A stretch of 64,000 nt of DNA from Eledone cirrhosa (taxonomy: Eukaryota), in assembly GCA_964016885.1 (NCBI GenBank), contig OZ024741.1:103912001-103976000 (forward strand). The letters run 5' to 3'. Positions 12,210-26,400 of the stretch are shown in pieces; the first letter of the stretch is position 1; each line of letters opens with the position of its first letter. Under the pieces are notes generated by a model. That model made no database searches and was not told where the DNA came from. It saw only the letters and a program-made list of their open reading frames with translations. The position numbers and the translations under genes are program-made.

Positions 12210-12540
12210 TCATCATCATCATCATCATCATTTTACGTCCACTTTTCCCTGCTTGCAAGGGTTGGACGGGTCCTATTCAGCACAGCATCTCTCCACTTGT
12301 CACGGTCCTTCGTCATCTCCTCGGTGTGTTTCAGCGATCTGAGGTCTGTTCTCACTACCTCCGCCCATGTTTTTTGTGGTCTACCTCTACTGCATCTTCC
12401 CTCCACTGGGACTTCCTGGCACTTCTTCACCCAGCAGTCATCCTCCATGCGCATCACATGTCCATACCATCTCAGCCTTCTCTCCTGCACACCACAACTG
12501 GATATAAGAGGGCTTATACCCAGTTTCTTTCTCAACTCGT
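12210..12540 (-). mobile_element. RTE LINE family A short 3' fragment
   Basis: ORF 12233-12535 duplicates the C-terminus at 12589-12927. Confidence 0.9.
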
Positions 12541-12559
12541 CTATATGTTTATATATATA

Positions 12560-15500
12560 TCATCATCATCATCATCATCATCATCATTTTACGTCCGCTC
12601 TTCCCTGCTTGCAAGGGTGGGATGGGTCTTATTCAGCACAGCATCTCTCCACTTGTCACGGTCCTTCGTCATCTCCACCGTGAGCTTCAGCGATCTGAGG
12701 TCTGTTCTCACCACCTCCGCCCATGTTTTTCGTGGTCTACCTCTACCACGTCTTCCTTCAACTGGCATTTCCTGGCACTTCTTCACCCATCGGTCATCCT
12801 CCATGCGCATCACATGTCCATACCACCTCAGTCTCCTCTCTCGCACACTACATTCTATCCCTCTCAGACACAGTTTCTCTCTCAACACATTCATGCTGGG
12901 TCGTTCACGCACATTGACACTGCACATCCAAGGAGCATGCTTGCCTCATTTCTCTCCAGCCGTCACATATCCTCTGCAGTTGCTGCCCATGTCTCACTAC
13001 CATGCAGCATCGCGCTCCTCACACAGGCATCATATAACCGGCCTTTCGTACGCAGGGAGAAACCCTTCTTCGTCAGCAGAGTAAGCAGCTCCCTAAACTT
13101 CTTCCAACCCATCCTTATTCTAGATACTATCGTCTCGGAACACCCCCTTCCCATGCTAATCTGATCTCCTAGGTACTGGAAGCTATCCACCACTTCTATA
13201 GCACCTGCCTGCATTCATTTGAAAAATGTGTCTATCAATGCGACTTCTACTGTCTAATTTCCCTGTACATCTACTGCATACGTATTTCTCCCTACCTGTT
13301 AGTTTGCCTGCTATCCCACTACATCTCTTGTGTACCCAGGATCTGCATTGTGTGCATTTTGTAGAATTTATGCCAGTTCCTTTTCTGCATATCGAACATG
13401 GCCATTTCCCTGACGGAATCAGAGTTTTGTCCTTTTTTCTACTCATCAACATTTTTGTCTGAGCTAGGTTCTCTCTCAGTCCTCTTGCTTCCAACTGCTG
13501 TTTCCATAGCCAGAATTTATTCTCTAGCTCCTCTACTGATTCTGCTATAAGAACCAGATCGTCAGCATAGAGAAGTTCCCATGGACAGCCAGACTTAAAC
13601 TCCTCTGTTATGGCTTGGAGGGACTATAATGAACAAGAGCGGGCTGAGGACCGAACCTTGATGTACTCCTACTTGTATCTGGAATTCCTCACTAAACTCC
13701 ATTCCTACCCTGACTTTACTGACAATACCTCTGTACAAAGTTTGCACTGTCCTCACAAGCCATTCCTCAACACCTAGTTTCCTTAGGGACCACCAGATGA
13801 CAGATCGGGGTACCCTATCAAAGGCCTTCTCTAGGTCAACAAAGGCTAAGTATAGTGGCTTATTTTTCTCTAAGAACCTCTCTTGTAATTGTCTCACCAA
13901 GAAGAGGGCATCTGTTGTACTCTTCCCAGGCACAAAACCGAACTGCATCTCATCTAGTTTGACCCTTTCTCTAATTAGTTGTGCTAATATCCTTTCTGCC
14001 ACTTTCATAATCTGATCCATCAGTTTTATACCCCTATGATTGCTCCTCTCCAGAGCATCCCCTTTACCTTTGTAGCAATTTATGAGAATACTGCTGCACC
14101 AGTCATTGGGTATGACACCACCATATATAGCCTGATTGATGATGTGTGCAACCAGTTTAGTGCCTACGTCCCCTGATGCCTTCAGCATCTCAGCAACTAT
14201 CCCTGATGGTCCAGCAGCCTTACCATTTTTCATTTCCTTAATCGCCTCTTGGACCCTATATTCGTCAATCTCAATAGCTGGTCCCTCTGTCGGATCTACT
14301 GAGGGTAATTTCTCTCTCTCCCATTCGTTCTCCACATTCATCAGTCTCTCATAATGACATTTCCAGGCCTCCTTTTTCTGATCATTTGTGACACTAAGTA
14401 CACTGGCATCATTCCGGACACATTTATCTCCAACAACATCCTGATTTGCATTGACACACTGACTTGCAATGTGGAACACCGCACACCTCTGATCTTCCCG
14501 TTGCAGAACATTGGCAAACCTCCTACTCTCAGCCTCCCTGCGTGCTAAGTACACCTGACGTCTAGCTTCTCTCTTAGCGGCTGTATATCCTTCCCTACTC
14601 CCACCCTTTTTCCAAGCCTTCCATGCTAGTCTTTTGTCCCTAATGGCCTTATCTACTGTGCTGTTCCACCACCAAGTCACTATCTGTCTGGTTGGAGCTC
14701 TGCTCCAGCCACAAGTTTCATCAGTAGCCTGCAGTAAGTTGTCACATAAGAAATTCCCGTTATTATCTATGTCATACGTCTCTAAATCGTCTTCTTTTTC
14801 GTCATACACATCTTGAAGGGCTTTCCTAAATTTGTATTGAAAGGTCTTTTAGCTTCCAGACCTTTCTTCTCCACACCTTCCTGTATGTCTCATTCCATCT
14901 CTTGCTTACTGAGATATCACTAACGACTAACCTATGCTGTAGGGTACATTCTTCCCCAGGGTATACCTTGGTATTAGACACTATCTGCCTGTCCCGCTGC
15001 CTAACTAGTAAGAAGTCAATCTGGCTTATGTGCTCGCCAGATTTGTAGGTTATTAGGTGGTTGGCAGGTTTCTGGAAGTTAGTGTTGCAAATAGTCAGTA
15101 TACTTGCATCACAAAATTCAAGAAGTCTCACTCCTTCTTCATTTCTTGAGTCGTAACTGTGCCCACCATGTACCCCAGTGTAACCATCCTGGAGCTGTCC
15201 AACATGACCATTGAAGTCCCCTGCTAGCATAATGATGTCTCCGTCCTCTGTCATTGCTGTTATTTGTAAAAGTTGCTCGTAAAAGCAGTCTTTCTCATTT
15301 TTGCCTAGGTCTGCTTGGGGAGCATAGGCAGAGATGATTGTGAGTAGTCTCCTGCCTACAATTAATCTAAGCTTAATTATTCGATTACTAACTCAAACTA
15401 CCTCTATTGTCTTATTGATCCATCTCTCAGCCAGGAAAATGCCTACTCCCCCCTAACCCATCATCCTTACCTACCCAGAAAAGCTTATAGCTAAGATGTT

Positions 15501-15870
15501 TGCCTATGACTAGTCTTGCAGAGGCACCTCTCCATCTCACCTCTTGCCCGCAGCACACATCCACATGCCTTCTCTCCGGCATCTCCGCTATTTCAGCAGA
15601 TCTACCTCTGAGAGTGCCAACATTAAGTGTTGCAACTCTGAGATGTGACGTCTTCATATTTTGTTGTTGTTCCTATCTATTTGTCAGTGTGCTGATAAGC
15701 GTTTTGGCATTGATACACTGGTTGGATGCCCTTCCTAACACCAGCACCACTTTACAGCATGGACTGGGTGCTTTTATTTGTGCCACCAGCACTAGAGAGG
15801 ATGTCTTACTAGGCTCAAGGGCCCTCTCTACCTCTCCATTTTACAGCATGGTCATAAAAAAAACCCCCAC
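12560..15870 (-). mobile_element. Near full-length RTE LINE family A (APE endonuclease, RT, internal PHD finger), with frameshifts and stops
   Basis: VATLNVGTL, QEVRWRG, AGDFNGHVG, SQIDF, QHRLVV, QFGF, FVDLEKAFDRVPR, GVHQGSVLSP, LYADD; (GAT)n tail at 12560. Confidence 0.95.
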
Positions 15871-16119
15871 TTATTGACACAACACGCACACACACACAAA
15901 CTCACACACCAACACTCATGCATACAAACTACAAACACACACTCCACTCACACACCAACACTCATGCATACAAACACACACACCACTCACACACATACAT
16001 TCATATATATATATATTACCGTCAGCACTGATACAAAATCAAAATCATGTCAACTGTTGACTTTTCCCAGTCCAGTTCAGTTTTTATATAATAATAATAA
16101 TAATAATTGTTTGCTTTAC

Positions 16120-16470
16120 GCTGGTGATGGTGGTGGTGGTGGTGTTAGTGACGGTGGTGGTGATGGTGGTGGATGGTGTCAATGATGGTGGTGGTCGTGG
16201 TCGTGGTGGTGGATGGTGTCAGTGGTGGTGATGGTGGTGGTAGTGGTGGAGGTGAAGGTGGTGGATGGTGTCAGTGATGGTGGTGGTGGTGGTGGATAGT
16301 GACAGTGATGGTGGCGATGGTGGTGGTGGTGGATGGTGCCAGTGATGGTAGCGGTGGTAGTAGTGGTGGTGGATGGTGTCAGTGATGGTGGTGATGGCGG
16401 TGATGGTGGATGGTGCCAGTGATGGTGGTGGTGGTGGTTGTGGTGGATGTTGTCAGTGATGGTGGTGGCA
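16120..16470. repeat. (GGT)n / GGATGGTGTCAGTGAT compound tandem repeat
   Basis: Visible directly in the sequence. Confidence 0.9.
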
Positions 16471-16514
16471 CTTGTTGTTGCTGTTGTTGTTATTGTTGTT
16501 GCTTTTGCTGGTGT

Positions 16515-16545
<31 letters not shown>

Positions 16546-16547
<2 letters not shown>

Positions 16548-17137
16548 CGTTTCTGAATTTGTTTAGCAAGATTCTTTATCTGAAATCGTGTGTTGAAACC
16601 GATATTGTTATACTTTGGGAGGGTCATGTTGCCAATAAGAAACACACGCACCAGTTGCTTTCACTTCAATTTAATTTATTAAATATTTATAAATTTACAA
16701 ATTTATAAATTTCTGGTTGGTTGGTTGGTTCCACAACCAGATAGTTGTTTATATATATATAGTCATAGTTCTTTCGTCACACACTCTGTGACCTCTTCAG
16801 TGACTGGGGATTTCTTTCTTCGTTTCTGTGCCTTTCCTTTCTTCTATCCTACGCCATTTTGTTTGTGTGTGGGTTCACACACAAACAAAATGGCGTAGGA
16901 TAGAAGAAAGGAAAGGCACAGAAACGAAGAAAGAAATCCCCAGTCACTGAAGAGGTCACAGAGTGTGTGACGAAAGAACTATGACTATATATATATAAAC
17001 AACTATCTGGTTGTGGAACCAACCAACCAACCAGAAATTTATAAATTTGTAAATTTATAAATATTTAATAAATTAAATTGAAGTGAAAGCAACTGGTGCG
17101 TGTGTTTCTTATTGGCAACATGACCCTCCCAAAGTAT

Positions 17138-17144
<7 letters not shown>
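16546..17144. mobile_element. Palindromic pair of Penelope-like pLTRs, same family as 9866-10742
   Basis: Arms 16602-16871 and 16876-17144, 4-nt loop GGTT; hammerheads at 16761-16805 (-) and 16942-16986 (+). Confidence 0.88.
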
Positions 17145-17182
<38 letters not shown>

Positions 17183-17510
17183 ACACCAGCAAAAGCAACA
17201 ACAATAACAACGACAGCAACAACAACGTTGTTATTGTTGTTGCTTTTGCTGGTGTTGTATATATATATATATATATACAACACCAGCAAAAGCAACAACA
17301 ATAATAACGACAGCAACAACAAGTGCCACCACCATACATATTTAACTTTAATTATATCTCATAAAATAATACAACTGGTTTTTCCACATTATACATATTG
17401 TTAGCACCCCAAACACTTAAATTGGGTTTATATTTTAATATAACCTAATGTTTGTTGAGTGAGATGGTTACCAGTCAGAGTTTAGCTTTAAACTATCTCT
17501 GTTATTGTAT

Positions 17511-17573
<63 letters not shown>

Positions 17574-17574
17574 T

Positions 17575-17623
<49 letters not shown>

Positions 17624-17769
17624 ATATATATATAAACATATATGTATGTATATGCATGTGTGTGTATACGCACACATATGTATATGTATATATATATGTA
17701 TATAAGTATAAGAGTGTGTGTTTGTGTGAGTGTGTGGGAGTGAGGGCTTATATGTGTGAGTGTGTTTGT

Positions 17770-18493
<724 letters not shown>

Positions 18494-18657
18494 TATATAT
18501 AAGAATGTGTTGGGAAGACCCGAAAGTGTTGGGAAGACCCTTCAATAGTGTCAAAAATATGAGAACCTCTGCTTTCACCTTAAGCGAGATCACCTATTTA
18601 TTATAACCATATATATCATCATCATCATCATAACCATTTAATGTCTATTTTCCATGT

Positions 18658-19859
18658 CAGGGACAACCAGAACGGCTTCAGAGAGGGTAGATCAACCACC
18701 AGTCACATCCTGATGCTGAGGAGGATATTAGAGGGAGCTAGAGCAAAGTGCCTTCCTGCGGTCATGGTTTTCATTGACTTTAGGAAGGCCTTTGATTCTG
18801 TGGACCGTTACTGCCTGATGAAGATCTTACAGGCTTATGGAATCCCCAAGAAGATAGTGGACCTGATATCACTGCTCTACACCAACACCAAGGCCTAAGT
18901 CATTACACCTGATGGGATGACAGAGTTGAGATACTGGCTGGAGTGCTCCAGGGAGATACATTGGCTCCCTACCTTTTTGTCATCGTAGTGGACTATTGTA
19001 TGCGCCTTGCACTGGAGAAACACCAGGACTCTGGCTTTACTGTAGCACCGGCTCAGAGCAGGAGAGTTAGGGCGAAAAAGGTATCGGATGCTGAATTTGC
19101 CGATGACATAGTTTTGGTGACAAATACAGTGAAGGAGGCAGAGGATTTGATGCGGGAGGTTGAGACTGTGTCGATGAGTGTGGGGCTGAGAATGAATGAG
19201 ACTAAAACAAAATATCTGGTAGAGAATGTTGAGAAGCCAGAGGGGATCACTAATGTAGGCGGGAAGCCGCTGGAATTGGTTGAGGACTTCCTGTATTTGG
19301 GAGCAAAGATTGGGAATATGGAGGATGATGTGGTTGAGAGGAAGAGCAAGGCCTGGGCGGCGTGCCACAGCTTGAGATCGGTGTGGAAGTCGGACCTTCG
19401 TAGAGACCTGAAAATCCGCCTCTTCATTGCTGTAGTGGAGTCTGTGCTGCTGTATGGGTCTGAGACTTGGACACTGACCAAGAAACTCACTCAGATGGTG
19501 GATGGGTGCTACACGAGAATGCTGAGGATGGCTCTGAACATTAATCAGTATACACTGAGGATGAAAAACTCAGAGCTGTATGGGAGCATCCCAAAAGTCA
19601 GCTCAAAAGTGACACAGAGGAGACTGAGGTTAGCTGGACATGCTCACCGACATCCAGAGTTGACATTGCACTCAGTACTCCTTTGGGAGCCCCTACATGG
19701 ACACACTAGAAGAGGAAGACCAAGGTTGACGTATGTTGATGCCCTAAGGACAGACACTGGTCTGTTGGAGATGCAGGACATGGCAGCGATAATGAGGGAC
19801 AGAGACCGCTGGAGAGAACTCGTCCATGGATCTCGGGAATTTTACCCGCCTTAGATAGA
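18658..19859 (+). mobile_element. RTE-like LINE family D, 5'-truncated, with target-site duplication
   Basis: FIDFRKAFDSV, LQGDTLAP, FADD, FLYLG, LLYGSETW; (TAGA)n end; TSD TTTCCATGT at 18649-18657 and 19860-19868. Confidence 0.92.
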
Positions 19860-20559
19860 TTTCCATGTTAGCATAAGTTAGACGAGCTGTCCTGTTGTAA
19901 GACAAGACAGGTTAGATGACCGTGTTTTGCTCATACAGAACTGATTTTGGCTTGGTTTCTACGGCTGGATGCCCTTCCTAACACCAACCACATTTACAGT
20001 GTGTGCTGGATACTTTTTGTTGTGACACCTATACAACCACCTGTATGTTTGGGTTTGAAAACATGAGTAATAAGTCCTCATTATACTACTGAGATTACTC
20101 TCTGTTGCTACTTTGTGTTTCTGATCAACAGAAACCTGCAAATAACAAGAGAGAGTAATCTCAATCATATAATAAATATATATTGTCCAACCCATGCCAG
20201 CATGGAAAACAGATGTATGATGACGATGATGATGATGATATATATGATGGTGGTTGTGATGATGATGTCGTGGAGGAGTAGGAAGAGGAGGAAGAAACCC
20301 CCTTCTCATCTTTTTCTGTATGTTTATCAATTTGTCAACTCAGTTTCTGTTTTCAGCTCTACTCCTATGAAACAGAACCACCCATTTAAAAAAGTTCCTA
20401 TTTAAATAGAAAATCTTCTGAAGTTATATATAAGAGCCATATGTTATACTATCGTAGTAATGAAATCAATAATTTTAGTAAATGCCACAACATTTTTCAT
20501 TGGTTAACCAAAACTGAGAGGGTTCAGCTTTAATTTGTTGTTTCTTTTATCCAATTTAG

Positions 20560-20831
20560 CTACAACAAAAGGTTAAAGAACTGGAGGAGTGTCAGAATGA
20601 ATTGGCTGAAGAATTTGAGACAAAGAAAAATTGTCTGATTGTGGAATGTCAGAAGGAAACTGAAAGTACAAAACAAGTGGTAAACAAGTTACAACAAATG
20701 TTAGACACAAAATGTAAAGAGATGCTTCATATAAAACGGTTGGCACGAAATATCTTAGAGCAACGGAATGATCTGGAAATGTTCTTTATTGATTCCTTGG
20801 ATTATGTAAGGAATCAAATTACAGAAAACCA
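20560..20831 (+). CDS. BBOF1: Basal body orientation factor 1 (CCDC176)-like, internal exon
   Basis: TTTAG acceptor and GTCAGT donor; EMLHIKRLARNILEQRNDLEMFFIDSL resembles the BBOF1 DUF4515 region; splice phase matches the next exon. Confidence 0.85.
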
Positions 20832-22354
20832 GTCAGTATTCCTTTATTCTTTTATTATTTTACTGGTTTGTTATTAAACTGTAGCCATGCTAGGGCAACA
20901 CTGAAAAGATTTAGTTGATTTAATTGATCATATCAACCTCAGTAGTTATTTCATTTCAAGTGTGGTACTTATTTTATCAATCTCTTTTTGTCAAACCACT
21001 AAATAACAGAACATAAACAGTAAACAATACAGACACACATACACAAACACACTTTGTAATGATTTAGCAGAAAACGCCTAAATATAGGTTTATTAATTCA
21101 AATGTTTATTGTTTTTCACCTTTTTTCTTATTTATGCTTCTTTTATCTTCTGTTTTCCTTCTCTTTCTATTTCTCTCTTGTTTTTCTTTCTTAATTGTAA
21201 GGGGTTTAGCAATAATATATAATAGATATATCAACACGAATAATAATCATGATGTGTATTTGTTGTAACAGGAAAGGTGTAGTTTTGTTAAATCAATACA
21301 TGTAAGTTGAATTGAGGTTCAGCTGTAAGTCTCAAGCTGTTGTTGCTGTGAATATAACTCTGGAAAGAATATTTCCATATCACATTTAAAGGCAATGGCT
21401 GTGGTAAATAGCATCACAAGACTTTAGCATGTTTTTACATAATTTATTAATAAAGGTTAAGAGGTGGATTAAGCTGGCATGCCAAAAGAAATGAAATAAA
21501 CCAATTAAGATTGCAAGAGAAGGTACGGTCGACTGGCTGAGGCATTAGCCAGGCCTATAGTAATGTTTTGTCGTTACATATTGTTCGTGCTTGCGGAGCA
21601 AAAGAAGAATTGGTGTTTACCTTAGCAAGGTCAAGCTGAGAGAGAGATTTATGAATGGCCGCGGGAATTTTTCTCCCTGGGGCGGAATTCGAGATACATT
21701 CTCCTACGCTGGCGGCGATTGGCTGAACTGAGCCAAACAACGCACGGAGAATGTATCCATAAGCCCTCAGAATATAGGTCACTACAGGCGTATTAGACAT
21801 CTCACCTAGTCTGTCAAAATTTACTAGCTCTATAAGGACGTTTAAATTGATTATATAAATAAATCTTAAAAGGCAGATCATTGTGAAATCTTGCAGTATT
21901 AGAGTAAAGATGTTTGAATTTTATGTGATGCAGTCATAGCACAGTTTTGTACTTTTAGCAGTTGATGGCACATGGCTCTGTGATTAGAGTGCTCAGCTCA
22001 CCATTGTAACAGTCAATATTCTGATAGAGCATTGTCCACTTAAGCAAGACACTTTATTTGATTTTGCTCCTGTCCACAGCTTGAAAAAAAAAATAGTTGT
22101 ACTTGTTATTCAAAGGGCTAGTTTTGTCATACACTGTGTCATACTGAATCTCCCTAAAATTTATGTTTATGGGTACAAGTGTCTGCGGAATGCTCAGTCA
22201 ATTGCACATTAATTTACCAAGCTGGCTGTTCCAACTGGCATACTCATTGTAAAAACCAATCGAGTTTTAACCTTTTTTAAGAATGTTTTGCAAATGTGAT
22301 GTCATGTGATATAGAGGTAATGTTGACTGACATAAAGTTGTCTCTATTCAACAG

Positions 22355-22507
22355 TAAACATTATATACAGCATGCCAAGATTGCCTACCAACAGAAACTA
22401 CAGGATGCCGTCTATGGTAAGACAGAATACCCCAAGATACGAACATTTACTAAGTCAGAATATAGCACTAACAATGTCTACAATGATTTTGAATCAGCAA
22501 AATTCTT
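22355..22507 (+). CDS. BBOF1: BBOF1-like internal exon
   Basis: ACAG acceptor and GTAAGT donor; KHYIQHAK...GKTEYPKIRTF...STNNV. Confidence 0.88.
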
Positions 22508-22706
22508 GTAAGTTCTATCACTATTTCTTTCTTCAGATTTTAGATCTTACATTTCTCTCTTTTCCTCTGCCACTTTTTATCTCTTTCTTTCTCCCTTACT
22601 TACCCTCTCCCCAATGTTATTACAATTCGTACTGTCAGTAAAGTTGATAAAACTTCAAAGTAAACAGTCACCGTTAATTATAATTCATTATATGTCTATA
22701 TATATA

Positions 22707-22745
<39 letters not shown>

Positions 22746-22830
22746 TATCATCATCATCATCATTTAACGTCCATTTTCCCTGATATATATATATTGGAAA
22801 ATGCGCGAAATCCTTAGTACAGTTAGGTAT

Positions 22831-23207
22831 GTTTGAAAAAAGGAAAAGAATAACTTCACTTGTGGTTCTAAACAATTTAATTTTATAATATTATATTTTT
22901 ACAATTTGGTTTTATAGATCTAGTAAGTTCTTTGTTAACTTCGGTGGGGATATTTTTTAAAAATTCCTGGAGAACTTTCTCGCATTCATCGGTGGCGATT
23001 GTCAAACTGAAATCAGTTTGACAATCGCCACCGACAAACATGAGAAAGTTCTCCAGGAAAGTTCTCTAGGAATCTTTAAAAAATCTCCCTACCGAAGTTA
23101 ACAAAGAACTTGCTAGATCTATAAAACCAAATTGTTAAATTATAATATTATAAAATTAAATTGTTTAGAACTACAAGTGAAGTCATTCTTATCCTTTTTT
23201 TCAAATA
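22831..23207. repeat. Fold-back (palindromic) element with ~180-bp imperfect arms
   Basis: Centre GATTGTCAAACTGA-AA-TCAGTTTGACAATC at about 23011; arms pair out to TTTGAAAAAA/TTTTTTCAAA. Confidence 0.88.
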
Positions 23208-23210
23208 TAT

Positions 23211-23289
<79 letters not shown>

Positions 23290-23412
23290 ATTGTAATGTC
23301 CAGTTACTGTAGGTTCACCAAAGTGAGCACTTGATGCGTAGTCTCCAGTATGTATTTTGGAGTTGTACTAAACAGAGTATAATAATAATAATAATAAGGA
23401 TAATAATAATGA

Positions 23413-26400
23413 TTTCATTTATTGGCCACAAGGGCCGACATTTAGGGGACAATACAAAAGACTGGGACAGTGGGGTTTTACAGAAAATTCGAGTAAACAA
23501 TATGAATAAACAAAGTAACAATAAAGTAACAAGAAAATTACAAGAAAAAATTCCCCAATAGGGGGGATGACCACCTAGGGTTCGCTTAGGTACCCCACCA
23601 GTCCTGAACGACCCGACGCTTCAAGAGCACCCTGGAAGGGCACCCCTCTCCTCTTCAAATTTACCTACCTACAGCCGCATGACCAGAGTAGGCCCACTCA
23701 CACGGGCCATTCTCGCCACATTCACCCACCTTTCAGCCAATCCCTCACCTTCCTTTCCAAGTGAAACTTGAAAAAGTTGATGAGGGATTGGCCGAAGAGA
23801 AAAGTGTCTGTCTTCAGTCCTTTCAACCTCGTCCACCATACAACCTCTTTCGCTACTGCCACCAGACAGAGGAAAATTGCCTGCCCTTCCTGGCCAAAAG
23901 AAGGCGGCGGGTTGATCTTCACTATGGACTCGGCCGATAGCCGGATCCGTTCTACACGCGACAACAGCTGTTCAACATAACTCCACAAGTCAGTAATGCA
24001 CGGACACTGGACGAGTGCGTGCAGAACGGTTTCGTCACTCTGCACGCATCTCGGGCAACTCCGTCTGACAGCACTTCCGTGCCTGTAGAGTTTATCTCGA
24101 ACCGGCAGTGCCCCCCGGTAGCACTGCCAAGCGAGGGATTTTTGGAAATTATCCATCGTCCTCGGCTCAAAAGTCCTCCGGTACAGACTGGTTAGTTCGA
24201 CTTCGTTGACTCCCAGAGCCTCTCCGAGTGCGTCGTCGCACTTGCCCACCACTAATCCTCTAGAGAACTCGAGAGTGGTAGAGGGCAGTGAGTGCCTGGC
24301 AACATTCCAGATGCCAGTCACCCAGTCTCGGTCTCTTCTTGACCCAGGACTGCAGCTCAGTCAAAGAAACGAGCTGCGGAAAGGCCCGTCTGACAAACGG
24401 CGACCACACCTGTTCACCGTTTAGGCAGAATATCTGGAGATGCCGCAGCCTCAGCGCGTGCCTGTGCATCATTAGCCACGGCATGCCCTGCCCTCCACAT
24501 AGAGGGTGCTGGCATCAGATGGACCACCTCACCAGCGGAACCTGACCCCTCCCCGAGAACTTGAAGAGGAGCCGCTCCAAGATGAAGAGGCGCGAACGGG
24601 GGCAAGGGACGACAGTCAGACGGTAGTAGATGACGGACGCGATGTACGCGTTCGCCACCTTCGCCCGACCTTTCAGTGATAGCTTCATCCCAGCCCATTT
24701 CTGGGTGAGACTGGCTACCCTGCCCGTCACCTCGTCCCAATTCTTATCCACCTGGAGGTCTGGCCTGAACCAAACCCCTAGCAACTTTACCGGTCCGTCC
24801 GTCCAGCGCCTAACGACGCTGTTGGATGGCATGGACTTGCCTCTCCAGGTGCCGAGTTGCAAGCCCACTGACTTTTCCAGGTTAAGTTTTGCTCCCGTCA
24901 ACTTTTCATATTCCTCCAATAAGTTGCCGACCACCTCAATTTCTGAGGTGTCCGAAACCATCACGGTGGTGTCGTCCGCATAAGCCGACACAGCCTTTCC
25001 GCGTCCCGGTTCGAGCGGGAAGCTCTGCAACAGCTCCAGCTTCCGCAGTAAAGGCTCGAGAGTCAATACGTACAGAAGGGAGGAGAGAGGGCACCCTTGA
25101 CGGACCGATCGGGAGACCTGAAACGGTTCCGAGAGGTGGCCATTAATTTTGACCATCGAGCAGGTGCCGCTGTGCATTGCAGCGATCCAGCCTCTGAAGA
25201 CGGGGCCGAAGCCAGCCGCCTTGAGGACAGCCTCCAGGTACCGATGGTCAACCCTATCGAATGCTTTCGATTGATCTAAATTGATCAGAGCCCCACCGAA
25301 GCCAGGTTTACACCCTACCCTCTCTATGATGTATTGCATTAGGTGGAGGTTGTTGTGTATGGACCTGGTTGGGATTGCGCAAGTTTGGGCCTCCCCAACC
25401 AAATCTCCGACGACAAGCGCCAGCCTCTTCGCTAACACCCTGGCCAAAATCTTAAACTCTGTGTTGAGCAGTGTTGTGGGCCTGAAATTCTAATGTGTCC
25501 CTCTTGTTCTTGTCTTTCCTTATCAGCGTCACTACGCCCCGGCTCACAGAACTGGGAATACTCCCGTTTTGCTGCCAGTTGCAGTAGAGGGCTTTGAGGA
25601 GATTGGAGAACAAGTCTGGCATATTTACATAAAGCTCGTAGGGCAGACCATCCAAACCGGGTGACTTGCGCCTCATGCAGCCGACAAGGGCATCCTGAAT
25701 CTCGGCTGAAGTAATTGGCCTTTCGCAGCGCCCAGCGTCAGCCGTCGAGAATTGTGGCAAGCCATCAAGGTAGGGACTGAAGTCCGCCACCATCTCTGAC
25801 CCGCCACTTCCCCTGAACAACCAAGCAAAATGTTGGCGAAAGGCCTCACACATCCTCTTGGAATCGCTCAGCTCGTGTCCGTCTCGGTCCGTCAAAGACC
25901 GAATCATGGTTTTATTACCACTCTGCGCCTCTGCCACGCGGGCCCATCGAACAGCTTTGGTTCCCTCGTTTCTCAGAGCACGCGCCTAAGCTCTGACAAT
26001 GCAACCTTCGTGTTTCGCATTGAAGAAATGGTCTAATGCCATTCTCGCCGCTAGCACGTCAGTTGCAATGCCACTACCAATAGCCTCGTGTAACTTATCT
26101 ACCAACTCCCCCTCCTTTCTATTTTTCTCTAACGCTACTTCTTTGCTAAGCTCTATCGACATTACTCTAATCTCTCTTTTGAGAGCCCCCACCATCTATT
26201 GTTGACGACTCCCCCTGTCAACTTTTTCTTAACTAAATTGTTGACCTGGTCCCTGTAAGCCTTATGTGCCGGAAATGACTTGTTTAGCTTCCAGTAACCA
26301 GGTCCTAACCTACGCGTCTTATCTAGGTCGACCATACAGATCACAAACTTGTGATCTGAATAGGCGACCGTTTCAAAACGTGGACAGCTTACACTATTTC

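Noticed and set aside
12191-13164. Long plus-strand ORFs (297 aa, 180 aa) and similar ORFs opposite other LINEs
   Set aside because: They are antisense shadows of RTE or Tx1 coding sequence with no independent motifs.
16120-16470. Regular repeat that could be mistaken for a CRISPR array
   Set aside because: Low-complexity eukaryotic tandem repeat with no unique spacers and no cas genes.
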